Shown piece after piece: positions 17,501 through 24,525 of a stretch of DNA of 58,452 bases. Each line of letters opens with the position of its first letter. The first letter of the stretch is position 1. The translations under genes were made by a program, and so were the position numbers. Source of the stretch: Chloroflexota bacterium (GTDB lineage Bacteria > Chloroflexota > Anaerolineae > Anaerolineales > UBA11858). Where the stretch lies: positions 1 through 58,452 of the forward strand of contig DAOUWT010000001.1 of assembly GCA_030666985.1 (NCBI GenBank), in the 5' to 3' direction. Below the pieces are notes generated by a model, which was not told the origin of the DNA, ran no database searches, and worked only from the letters and a program-made list of their open reading frames with translations.

Positions 17501-18481
17501 TGCTCTTTCTTGTTCTTTCTGGTAGATAATAGAGTTATGAATAGCGATGGCGGCCTGTTCTGATACGAGTTCTAAGACGGCAAGATCATTCTCTGTGAAG
17601 GCGTCTTCGTTGCGAGCGGTGACTTCTAGCGTTCCTAGAAATTCTTCACCCAAAGTGAGGGGAACTCCCAGGTAAGATTGGAAGGGCCGCCTGGTACGGC
17701 TGAATGTGGGGCGTATTTTTTCGAAGCTTGCTACATTAGGGATCAAGAGCGATTCGTGATACTTGGCAATATGGCCACTAAATCCCTTCCCAAGTTGGTA
17801 TTGCGGGAAAGCTTTTTTAATTGTGCGTTCTAAGCCAATTAAGCCAACTAGATGGTAAGGCTGGAGGGTTTCGGTGTCAGCGTTCCAGAGAGTAGCTTCC
17901 GCTGAATCTGTGGGCAAGAGTTCTTCTATACTTTCTAAGACAGATTTTAGAGTAGGTTCTAAGGCTAAATCTGCAATTGTTGAAGCCGTGAGTTTATTTA
18001 TGATTTGGAGTGCCTGATTGCTTGAATCGCCTTTTATGGTGGGGTGTGGAATTTCTCTGGGAGTGTGAAGAGTCACCACCATGGCGCTTCCTGATGGGTG
18101 AGGAACATGGTAAGAAGTTCCTTCTACTGATTTTCCTTTGAGGGTAAACGTTGCTTGTCCTTCCGCGGCGGATAGTTTTAAAAGAGCTTCACTGGGACGA
18201 GAACGGCGTGCTAAGTGTTCTAAGTCTGGGATCTCTTCTGGTACATCGAACCATTGGCGAGCCAGGGGGTTGAGCGTGAGCACCCGTCCTTCACCCCCAA
18301 CGACAATTACCGCATCGTGGTGTTCGGGGATTTCTACTAGCGCCGAAGTGGGAGCGGGACCCCTTTGTACGGCGGGGTGTCGCCTCGAGACAACCCGCAA
18401 CAGCAGGAGGGTCAACCCCATGAAGGTTCCCCCGGTTAGGATAAGCGTTATCCCTATGGAAGGTATGCCAAGCTGAAACAT
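11600..18481 (-). CDS. Giant membrane-anchored sensor histidine kinase: N-terminal TM, 10 GAF domains, PAS, HisKA, HATPase_c
   Basis: 2293 aa. Ten C-terminal GAF signatures of the type LGVPL..G..LG.L......F...D...L...A.Q.A.AI.NA. PAS segment ILESVADGVIVTN.... H-box SEFVATVSHELRTP (His codon 12281-12283). N, G1 and G2 boxes (LLANAYHYTP, DTGVGI, GTGLGLSIV). Confidence 0.95.
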   Translation of the reverse strand: MFQLGIPSIGITLILTGGTFMGLTLLLLRVVSRRHPAVQRGPAPTSALVEIPEHHDAVIVVGGEGRVLTLNPLARQWFDVPEEIPDLEHLARRSRPSEALLKLSAAEGQATFTLKGKSVEGTSYHVPHPSGSAMVVTLHTPREIPHPTIKGDSSNQALQIINKLTASTIADLALEPTLKSVLESIEELLPTDSAEATLWNADTETLQPYHLVGLIGLERTIKKAFPQYQLGKGFSGHIAKYHESLLIPNVASFEKIRPTFSRTRRPFQSYLGVPLTLGEEFLGTLEVTARNEDAFTENDLAVLELVSEQAAIAIHNSIIYQKEQERARELSSLAELSQVSGSARNLNELFSQLLKNIPSLLDVNIAGFLIYNENKHILEARNPFIGIPAYIIEMYKTEIAVGGPAEQVWEKEQSILTPEAPDDHRLQALGIDHIAQAAGIHATILVPLISRGRNLGYLQVANKKSGGKLTGNDKRLLEIIAGQTAPLIENAELLHQSIKRALRSEAIRRIANLAGSEATTDEILKYSLLELVRLIKAEKGAVFLLDESQAKLELHDISGHQLGQDTQIKFTQLASASDFHKTVTYTAQPIFSGQAKTDPDIPELYQKAVKTLQISSLIIVPLIIRGRGIGEILLSNSYEEAFQKVDLQLVSAIARQIASALERVSLTIETDATLRQRVEQLTALTRVSQALNSTLDLETLLQLVFEEAIRLTQANCGAIFLLEQGDTRPTHPGIMLHIGDDLHDELHPLERVVLNTGKTLNVDDFQPPTAPPHKGIRSSLIVPITYQDQVAGLIHLHASQAEHFDKTSRSIIEALSVQAAIALGNAQRYQQQIEQTTLLNQRVKILSNLFKTSEELSLDQPLEQALENIAYGIQASTSFTKVLISVYEEADQGLHNLSGVGFPLEALEELKEKPQNWNSLREILRDDFKFGRSYFIPSEDRPPTLTDIQAISAASQAGMEELGIQAIPKEIWRPEDLLVIPLQDTSGHPLGLIRVDTPQDHLRPTQAAVETLGIFASQASLAIESHKKLSELRASAAHVAREAETKRLEVKAKRIQSSLELISSLNRQPHREAILRTLGEEFLNLMGMNGYLITEPGSGGPRLLYTGGETPPIAKLNPLLGRQNPLVQSIRQREIVYDANINGDSNWSKSPLIQTLEARGIITIPITTFAGVEAAILTFSKETFPEFSPDEIRLYELLSQQASYTIQNVKLLTETSQRLSEVNILLDFSRKLGELSPGLIIKTLLESAQQLIPVAQGVMILLNDQTRKKLIPQLADGYQKTPSLLEITFSPQRGFVGKVFQSKNPLRLDVVNFAQDYELEKNNLLLYRDGTGGLLPISSLAAPIKTRDKQLGIVLLDNFEQESAFSNQDQALLGSLARQTALALDNVQLIQAAEQRATQLEALTQATSSITSSGLKREELVDTLLTQLATIISYDTSALWLHKAGQLTIRAARGFENNQELIGISTKVSESKLMYEMIRTGEPLVVSNIQKDARFPAAEQKGPNSWLGVPLLTKGQVLGVIALEKHKPGFYTSTHSQMLQTFGSQAAISIENAGLYQESVERAQELDQRTRRLAMLNRFSNELSRSLNLDESFQITLKELSELIHHSVISGILWTKEKKAILQAELSRKLDLRLAYPHELPYTPIFEHIQQSQGVFVTRNVEDEEMLAPIHEFFRQRGTKSLLILPLITGSDLQGFLFIQTDHQHRFTNEEIELSRIIANQAAISIYNALLTANLEQRVFERTRDLEREHDRSQMLLAVLKALSASLDLDEVLHHTLNLLNSSLEADQSTILLIRPEEEYLYYRAACGYMEAPPLGGRPSGLKKDEGLAGWAIAHNQSYVVDDILTDDRWVSTDTVDPDLRSAIIAPIAHGADILGAISLFSRQTRKFNEYQKELLHATAKQIAVAINNTQLVDYIQEQTIELGQMLRAQKVEASRSRAILESVADGVIVTNAEREITLFNDAAETILDLDRSKVVGKSLEQFSGLFGESAQNWIETIRAWSSGEKTTSEVSYSEQITLDNGAITSVQLAPVTMQDEFLGTVSNFRDITHQVEVDRLKSEFVATVSHELRTPMTSIKGYVDVMLMGAAGEMSDRQTDFLNIVKANTTRLEILVDDLLDISHLEAGRISISIQPIQIEPILREVWQGIQELSEGDQKELTFTLDTPPHLPIVNGDPERLHQVLGNLLANAYHYTPEDGHITLTVHAQSAKSEDEIQIDIKDTGVGIPPEDHAKVFERFYRGEDPLVIATSGTGLGLSIVQQLIQMHKGRIWLESNGVLGEGTTFSFTLPIHRET

Positions 18482-18487
18482 GAATTT

Positions 18488-19372
18488 TTACTTATCTCGT
18501 CGTTCTTGGGCGGCCAATTCAGTGATTTCTCGAATATCTGAAAATTGGTGAGTGGCAGGTGAAACAACTCCAAGCGACAGCGTCATGAGCGGATAACGTT
18601 CTTCCTCTCCGGCTTCATTGGTGGCTGTGATATATCCTTGCTCTCGATCGATGAAGTGATAATGGGTGAGTACCTTCTCGGCAAAACGCTCTTTCACTTT
18701 TTGGGCAATGCCACTTGCCGCTTTGTGAGAAGTAGTGATGATAAAGTTATCGCCTCCCACATGCCCGATGAAGTCTTCAGGCGTCCCCGTTTCGTCGACA
18801 GTTTCATTGAGGATCATGGCGGTAAAACGGAGGACATCATCTCCCGTTACAAACCCATACACTTCCTTGAAGGCTTCAAAGTGGTCAATCCGGATGTCCA
18901 TCAAAGCCCAATTTTCTTCGCGAATGAGGCGGCGGAGTTGCTCCTCGATGAGGCGGCCCGAGGGAAGCCCTGAGCGGGGGTCAGTCAGGCTTTCCCGTTC
19001 GGCCCGGGAGATAGCATTCTTTACACGCAGGTTAAGTTCTTCGATATCAAAGGGTTTAGTGATGTAATCATCAGCTCCTAGTTCTAATCCCTGAAGCTTA
19101 TCGCTGCGCTCGTCTTTCTGAGTCAGGAAGATGACCGGGATGTGGCTGGTACGAGTGCTCGTCCGCAGACGACGGCAAACTTCATAGCCATCAATATCCG
19201 GAAGCATGATGTCCAAGACAATTAGATGCGGCATGTGTTTGCGTGTTTTCTCCAGCGCTTCTGAACCACGAGGGGCAACATCTACCTTATAGTTCTGGCC
19301 GGTGAAATAGATCTTGAGCATGTTCGAGATATCAAAGTCATCTTCTACAATCAATAGATGGGATTTGCTCAT
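18488..19372 (-). CDS. Response regulator: receiver domain plus degenerate GGDEF domain (GGDNF)
   Basis: LLIVEDD, LIVLDIMLPDIDG, DDYITKPF. The GGDEF fold has HVGGDNF. Its stop lies 6 nt upstream of the giant kinase start. 294 aa. Confidence 0.9.
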   Translation of the reverse strand: MSKSHLLIVEDDFDISNMLKIYFTGQNYKVDVAPRGSEALEKTRKHMPHLIVLDIMLPDIDGYEVCRRLRTSTRTSHIPVIFLTQKDERSDKLQGLELGADDYITKPFDIEELNLRVKNAISRAERESLTDPRSGLPSGRLIEEQLRRLIREENWALMDIRIDHFEAFKEVYGFVTGDDVLRFTAMILNETVDETGTPEDFIGHVGGDNFIITTSHKAASGIAQKVKERFAEKVLTHYHFIDREQGYITATNEAGEEERYPLMTLSLGVVSPATHQFSDIREITELAAQERRDK

Positions 19373-19420
19373 AATTTTCTCCTGCTTGTTACTAGCTTGA
19401 AGTATGAAAAAATATGGTAA

Positions 19421-20497
19421 TTATTTTCTTTTTGCGTTCTCGCGAATGGTCTTTATTTGCATATCTGTAATGGGACGCTCGAATGAACGGAATCCGCTTA
19501 ATTTGAAACCATGTTTATCGGCAATTGCGGCAATTTCTCTTACCTGTCGAAGGTTTGATTTTTTCCCTAGACTATAGTCTTCGAACTTTCCTTCTAGTGC
19601 TAAGGCAATCGTCTCAGCCATGCAGGCGTAGGCTTTGCCAGGGGGGAAGCCAAAATCAAAATTGAAATTTACTAGCCCGGGAACATCGACGACGCCGCCA
19701 TCAATCACCAGGACATCGTCTCGCTCTTTAGCAATTGCCTCTGAAACGTCTCGAGGACGAGCAACATCGCAGATGACGCTTCCTGGGCGGAGATGCTGCG
19801 GTTGGACGATGGCTTGGACTGAGCTTGTCACGGTGAGGATTAGATCCGCCTCCCAGAGGCTGTTCAGGTCTGTGGATACGACCAATTGGGCAGAAGAATT
19901 GCCTTCTAATCTTGAATGAAGTTCATGCAATTTCTTTTCAGTGCGCCCGATCAAAAAGAGGCGGGCAACTTCTTCGGCAAGGAGAGCGGCGCAAACTTCA
20001 CCAATCGAGCCAGTGGCGCCAACCACGGCTGCGGTAGCCTCACTTACCTCGATATTCATTAACTTGGCTGCCTTGTGTATCGACTGGATGGCGGTTGCAA
20101 TTGTGTAGGAGTTGCCGGTCGTTACCGGGATATCTAAACGTTTTGCTACTGTTATCCCTCCGTCACCAACAACTGCTGTAAAGGCACCTAGCCCTACAAT
20201 ATCTGCTCCCAGCCGTTCCGCGAGACGCCCGGTCTGAACGATTTTCCGATAAGCGACCCACTCAGGTAATTCTACCATACGTTGCGAGGTTAACGGGCAG
20301 GCGATCAACCAGCCTTTGATTGTTTTTCCAGTGGATTCTGAAGTGATATTTTGAATTTCGGAAAGATAGACCGGCGGAAAGAAGGTGGAGAAAAAGTTGA
20401 TCAGCGGTGCATTGAGCACTTTCCCCAAAAAGGGGAATTTCCGTTTGACATCCCGTTTGGGGTCTATGGGGTGGATGATGAAAGCGAAGCTATCCAT
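19421..20497 (-). CDS. Acyl-ACP reductase (AAR)-family-like NAD(P)-dependent oxidoreductase
   Basis: From memory it is collinear with cyanobacterial AAR. Matching motifs: FIIHP vs LIGHL, GLGAFTAVV, TTGNSYT vs TTGNTHT, AAVVGATGSIG vs VAVVGATGDIG, ACMAETIALALEG vs ACFAEAMLLEFEG (the Cys aligned with the AAR catalytic Cys is present). Confidence 0.7.
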   Translation of the reverse strand: MDSFAFIIHPIDPKRDVKRKFPFLGKVLNAPLINFFSTFFPPVYLSEIQNITSESTGKTIKGWLIACPLTSQRMVELPEWVAYRKIVQTGRLAERLGADIVGLGAFTAVVGDGGITVAKRLDIPVTTGNSYTIATAIQSIHKAAKLMNIEVSEATAAVVGATGSIGEVCAALLAEEVARLFLIGRTEKKLHELHSRLEGNSSAQLVVSTDLNSLWEADLILTVTSSVQAIVQPQHLRPGSVICDVARPRDVSEAIAKERDDVLVIDGGVVDVPGLVNFNFDFGFPPGKAYACMAETIALALEGKFEDYSLGKKSNLRQVREIAAIADKHGFKLSGFRSFERPITDMQIKTIRENAKRK

Positions 20498-20500
20498 TTT

Positions 20501-21784
20501 TCACCAGGAAGCATCCTTGATTTCCCCTAGCCGTGGATAAAGGCGTTTGTGCTTATCTGCAAATGAAAAATGACGGTGGTCGCTGTCTTCATACTTAATG
20601 TCTTTCCTGATAATTCGCCTTTCATCTGAGGCTACGAGGACAACGTCGGATTCGATAGTTCTTCCTGGGAAGACAATCATCCCGGAGCCTATTCGGCAGT
20701 TGTGCCCTACGCAGCCTCCCAAAACAGGCCGGTTGGCAGAATCAAGCTTGCCGCTGCCATTCAAGGCTTTCAAAGGAGTTGGGATCAAGTTGAAGTCTGT
20801 GAAGGTTGAGCCAGCTCCAATGAAGGTGTTTCTTCCTATTACGCACATTTGGAGGCACGTATTTTGGGCAACCATGCAGTTGTCCATGAGAGTGGTCATG
20901 AAAAGCGAAGCCCTAAAAGGGAGAAAAGTTCCATTGCCAATCACTGAGAGCATTAGCTGGCAGCCTTGAGAGATATTGACATTATCTCCAATAACACAAT
21001 TTTCAATGCTTGTCCCGGCCCCAACTGTGACATTGTCGCCAATGATTGTTGGGCCATGGATGACAGCCGAAGGATCAATAACGCAGTTGCGACCAATTTT
21101 AACTACTTCTGAACATTCCAGGATTTGTTTCCCCTCATACATAGCTTTTGCCAGAGTGTTCAATTTGGCGAAGGGGCTTTTATCTATTTTCGCCTCGAAC
21201 CTGGCCCCGCGTGAAAATACACCAAAGACAACGTCGGCGATAAAGATATGCACCCAGGAGTCTATAGCCAATAAATTTCGGAGTGGAACCTGGAATGTTA
21301 GATCGCCTTTCTCAGATGCCATGTAAGTTGGGACATGATAGTATCCAACTTCACGTGCTTGGAGGTCTACCACGAGCGGCTTGGTGCCGCGGCTTGGCCC
21401 ATTGGGGTAGTACCAAAGGTCTGCCAAATAGATATCCTTATCTGGCACATGAGTGTATGAAGTTGAAAGAGGGAAGGCGTGTTCTATGAAGGCTGGATCT
21501 CGACCCGAGAAAGCCGCGCGGGAGGGATAATCGCGCTCCATAGCTTTTTCCAAGAAAGCTTTTACATATCTTTCGTCAAAGTATAAATTGTCCCGGTGAA
21601 CAAGGCAGGCTTCTTCGGTATCGGGGAGAGGATAATTAAGGGGAAGTTCTACTTCTCGTTCTACGTAGGGAGAGAGGACATCATGCTGAAAGAGCCAGAG
21701 AGGTTTGTTTTGAATACGCAAATCTCGGGCTGGCTCATTAAAAGGATAAATATGTTCAGGATGTTGGCGTATTATTCTGAGCAT
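20501..21784 (-). CDS. Left-handed beta-helix (hexapeptide-repeat) transferase-family protein with an unassigned ~230-aa N-terminal domain
   Basis: Hexapeptide repeats IGRNCVIDPSAVIHGPTIIGDNVTVGAGTSIENCVIGDNVNISQGC.... I place the start at ATG 21784 (MLRIIRQHPE...). The tracked 78-codon extension translates the G-rich repeat and overlaps the upstream gene. Confidence 0.75.
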   Translation of the reverse strand: MLRIIRQHPEHIYPFNEPARDLRIQNKPLWLFQHDVLSPYVEREVELPLNYPLPDTEEACLVHRDNLYFDERYVKAFLEKAMERDYPSRAAFSGRDPAFIEHAFPLSTSYTHVPDKDIYLADLWYYPNGPSRGTKPLVVDLQAREVGYYHVPTYMASEKGDLTFQVPLRNLLAIDSWVHIFIADVVFGVFSRGARFEAKIDKSPFAKLNTLAKAMYEGKQILECSEVVKIGRNCVIDPSAVIHGPTIIGDNVTVGAGTSIENCVIGDNVNISQGCQLMLSVIGNGTFLPFRASLFMTTLMDNCMVAQNTCLQMCVIGRNTFIGAGSTFTDFNLIPTPLKALNGSGKLDSANRPVLGGCVGHNCRIGSGMIVFPGRTIESDVVLVASDERRIIRKDIKYEDSDHRHFSFADKHKRLYPRLGEIKDASW

Positions 21785-21834
21785 AGTGTAGGGTGTTCCA
21801 GGTATATAGTAGTGATTATTCAGCCCCTGTAGAT

Positions 21835-21975
21835 TTTTTGGGGGAGGGGTGCCACGCGGGGGGGGGGACGGGGGGGGTGGGGCGTGAGACCAACCCCCAA
21901 GCGTGACCCCACGCTCAAGCGGGGAGCAACCCTGGGGGGGACGGGGGGGTGCGCTCCCACCAATCTCCAACGGGG
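21835..21975 (+). repeat. Copy of the dispersed G-rich/hairpin element
   Basis: tttttgggggaggggtgccacgcggggggggggacggggggggtggggcgtgagaccaacccccaagcgtgaccccacgctcaagcgggg... shares blocks with 8555-8664 and with the reverse complement of 5621-5716. Confidence 0.75.
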
Positions 21976-22004
21976 AGTGAATGGTCACTCTGAGACTTGA
22001 GGTT

Positions 22005-22796
22005 TTAGGCTGCTTCATCCTCTATAAAAAGTCTGAGAGTTTCCATGAATTTATTGGGTTGATCGAGCATTATGAAGTGTCCGGCATCATCAAAGCGTTC
22101 TATGCGCACATTTGGGATATGGGCCTGCATGAGCTGCCATTGATCAGGGTCTACAATGACATCTTTTTTCCCATACATTCCCATGGCCGGTATTCTTATC
22201 TGGTCAAGATGCGGTCGGAGGTCTGTTTGCCGGAGAGTGGAAATACTGATCAGAAAAGATTCTAAAGTGGTTCGGGAAAGGTCTCTATCCATCATTTCTG
22301 GCCAATGAGGGTCTTTGGTTATAAAAGGAGAAGAAACACGAATTCCCATCCTAAGCGCCCACATAGAACTGAAAACCAACTTGGCAATCCATCTCTGCCC
22401 TGCTAGTTTGAGCAATAGAGCAAGTGATTCACCGGTGATTGGAGAACCGATTACCGCCACCTTTTGAACTCGGTTGGGGTGCTCTATCGCCAGGGAGAGG
22501 CTGACCGTTCCCCCCATGCTGTGTCCGATCACGGGTGCCTGGATGATGCCCAGGTGGTCCATGAATTGCTCGACCATCTCGACAAAGTCTTCCACTGCAA
22601 AAGATTGTTGTTTTCTCCCCGATTCTCCAAAGCCCCAGAAATCAAGGGCATAAGTTCGGTAATGCTGTCCTAGATATGTCATCGTCCTTTGCCACAGACC
22701 CCAGGAGCCTAGCCATCCATGCAAGAGGATAATTGGCCGGCCCCGGCCGTACACTTCGTAGTGAAGAATACCTTGATCGGTTGTAATCGAGGACAT
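22005..22796 (-). CDS. Alpha/beta hydrolase (intact Ser-Asp-His)
   Basis: ILLHGWLGSW, VIGHSMGGTV, GKKDVIVD, DAGHFIMLDQP. 263 aa. Confidence 0.9.
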   Translation of the reverse strand: MSSITTDQGILHYEVYGRGRPIILLHGWLGSWGLWQRTMTYLGQHYRTYALDFWGFGESGRKQQSFAVEDFVEMVEQFMDHLGIIQAPVIGHSMGGTVSLSLAIEHPNRVQKVAVIGSPITGESLALLLKLAGQRWIAKLVFSSMWALRMGIRVSSPFITKDPHWPEMMDRDLSRTTLESFLISISTLRQTDLRPHLDQIRIPAMGMYGKKDVIVDPDQWQLMQAHIPNVRIERFDDAGHFIMLDQPNKFMETLRLFIEDEAA

Positions 22797-22813
22797 AGAG
22801 TTGGTTTCGTGGT

Positions 22814-23353
22814 TTAGAACTCGCCTGCCCCCATTTTTTCAAGGATACTATATAGGAGTTCCAGCAAGGCGGTTTTGACGGATTCTTTGTCAGTAGCTAC
22901 GCAGGGTAATAGTTTAACCTCAGGAGAAAGGCGCAGTGCAATTCGCATATCGCTTGTCTCCCAGGCATCGGGGAGATCTTGTTTGTTGGCGGTGACAACA
23001 TACGGAGTTGGGGCATACGCTCGGAAAGTCTCCAGAATTCGGCGTGCTTCTCGGAAGGTTTCCGGTCGAGCGCTATCTACCATGACGATAAAACCCAACA
23101 TGCCTTCTGAGAGAATCTCCCACATGAAGTCAAAGCGTTTCTGGCCCGGGGTTCCGAAGAGGTAGAGAACGAGTTCATCGTCAACTGTGATACGACCAAA
23201 GTCCATGGCGACCGTGGTTGTCTCTTTGATCTTTTCTGCTTCTGATGAGATTTTACGTTCGGTAGCAACAACGTCAATTTCACTGACAGACTGGATGAAT
23301 TCGGTTTTTCCTGAGCTAAAAGGGCCGGTAATAACCATTTTGACGGTTTGCAT
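22814..23353 (-). CDS. Small Ras-like GTPase of the MglA/CvnD (COG2229-like) type
   Basis: G1 GPFSSGKT, G2 region TTTVAMDFG, G3 FGTPGQ, G4 NKQD. 179 aa. Confidence 0.85.
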   Translation of the reverse strand: MQTVKMVITGPFSSGKTEFIQSVSEIDVVATERKISSEAEKIKETTTVAMDFGRITVDDELVLYLFGTPGQKRFDFMWEILSEGMLGFIVMVDSARPETFREARRILETFRAYAPTPYVVTANKQDLPDAWETSDMRIALRLSPEVKLLPCVATDKESVKTALLELLYSILEKMGAGEF

Positions 23354-23397
23354 AAGATCTTTCCTTTTTAAAATGACTAATGATTAGGTTAAGAAAA

Positions 23398-24216
23398 TTA
23401 TAATGATTGAATTCGTTTTATCAAACGGTTGACAAGTGACTTTTGTTCTTGTTCACCACTGACAGGGAGGGACGGTTTTTTGTACTTGGTCGCTGTGGCG
23501 CTTGCGGGGCGAATCAATTGAGCTAGCCCAGCCTGAAGTAATCCATAGACAATGCGGCGAATCTCCAAGTCATTCATCTTTGTGGCTTTAGCAATTTGTT
23601 GAATTGTATTTTTGGGATTGACATAAGAGACCACCCGCCACTCTTCGACGCTTAAGTTCACGTTGCGGATGTCTGTGCCGGGGTTATCGGTGAATTTCAA
23701 AGCCATTTCCAGGCTGGGTATTTCATCCTGAAGTTGCTCCCATTCTCGCAGACGGCGAGACCCTTCCATAATGATGTTTTCCAGGTTGATCCGCAGGGTG
23801 ATTTTGCCATCTTGAGGGAGAATATCGTTCTGAAATTGGAATAAGCCTTCCACCCAAGTAAAGAGATTATTGACTGTTCTTACATATTCCTCTTTTAGGC
23901 CAGTGAGAATTTCTTTTTGAGTGACGTAATTTGCGTTTATCAATAATAAGCCTAATTCTTTATCCCCTATATTTCCTGCCCTGGATTGAATTAACCTAAC
24001 TTGTCTTTTAGTGAGTTTGTCATTCCTGTACAAGGTTGCTGCCAAACTAGTGTTACGCTGATCACTGTATGCGTGGGCTAGTTTTCCTTCCCGGAAGGCG
24101 ATCCACGCAGTTTGGCCGGGACCTTTTACTTCTAATGTCCCGGTTTTTTGAGCTAGACTAATCAAGTTCAAAAGCTGTGTAATTGTAAAATCTCTGAGAT
24201 TACCTTTTAATGCCAT
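23398..24216 (-). CDS. DUF4388 (PATAN-like) domain protein with a possible C-terminal wHTH
   Basis: N-terminus LKGNLRDFTITQLLNLISLAQKTGTLEV is the DUF4388 signature. The C-terminal TIQQIAKATKMNDLEIRRIVYGLLQAGL looks like a DUF742/CvnC-type HTH, but that is an inference. Confidence 0.75.
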   Translation of the reverse strand: MALKGNLRDFTITQLLNLISLAQKTGTLEVKGPGQTAWIAFREGKLAHAYSDQRNTSLAATLYRNDKLTKRQVRLIQSRAGNIGDKELGLLLINANYVTQKEILTGLKEEYVRTVNNLFTWVEGLFQFQNDILPQDGKITLRINLENIIMEGSRRLREWEQLQDEIPSLEMALKFTDNPGTDIRNVNLSVEEWRVVSYVNPKNTIQQIAKATKMNDLEIRRIVYGLLQAGLAQLIRPASATATKYKKPSLPVSGEQEQKSLVNRLIKRIQSL

Positions 24217-24252
24217 GCCAGCCTCGTAAGTTATTGCTTATAGATTGTTGTG

Positions 24253-24281
24253 ATTATACATCTAAGCTTGAGATGCGTCAA
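24253..24281 (-). promoter_or_regulatory. Strong sigma70-type promoter for the DUF4388-GTPase string
   Basis: The minus strand reads TTGACG (24281-24276), a 17-nt spacer, then TATAAT (24258-24253). A GAGG RBS precedes ATG 24216. Confidence 0.55.
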
Positions 24282-24309
24282 ACGTTAGGCTTGAGGGGAT
24301 TCGTAGCAA

Positions 24310-24397
24310 TACTAAGGGGCTGTCTATTATTAACTTTGTAGTTTTCATCAAGCTGAGGAACCGCGTTCCTCTGAGGAACGCGGTTCCTCAAAAGTTA
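24310..24397 (+). repeat. Copy A of an ~81-nt hairpin-containing direct repeat
   Basis: tactaaggggctgtctattattaactttgtagttttcatcaagct-GAGGAACcgcGTTCCTC-t-GAGGAACgcgGTTCCTC-a. There are 3 mismatches to copy B over ~81 nt by manual alignment. Confidence 0.9.
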
Positions 24398-24467
24398 CAC
24401 TTTGCCTGGCGAAATGCCATTTCGACCTAAACAACTCCGAACTATTGAAGATACCTCACCTGAATCG

Positions 24468-24489
24468 AAAAAGCCCGCCGAGGGCGGGC
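24468..24489 (-). terminator. Rho-independent terminator of the two-gene cassette
   Basis: The minus strand reads GCCCGCC-ctc-GGCGGGC followed by TTTTT, 37 nt downstream of the stop at 24526. Confidence 0.65.
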
Positions 24490-24525
24490 TGTCAGGCACA
24501 GTAAAATGGAGGTGGTGACACCAGT

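Noticed and set aside
19421-20497. Cyanobacterial-type alkane (AAR + ADO) pathway
   Set aside because: No ferritin-like aldehyde-deformylating oxygenase gene lies adjacent or anywhere in the window. Only the reductase-like half is present.
21785-22018. N-terminal 78-codon extension of the hexapeptide-repeat ORF (tracked start 22018)
   Set aside because: It translates the G-rich repeat (PPRPPQG...PPPPSPPPRGTPPP) and would overlap the 3' end of the hydrolase gene at 22005. An internal ATG at 21784 starts the non-repetitive protein.
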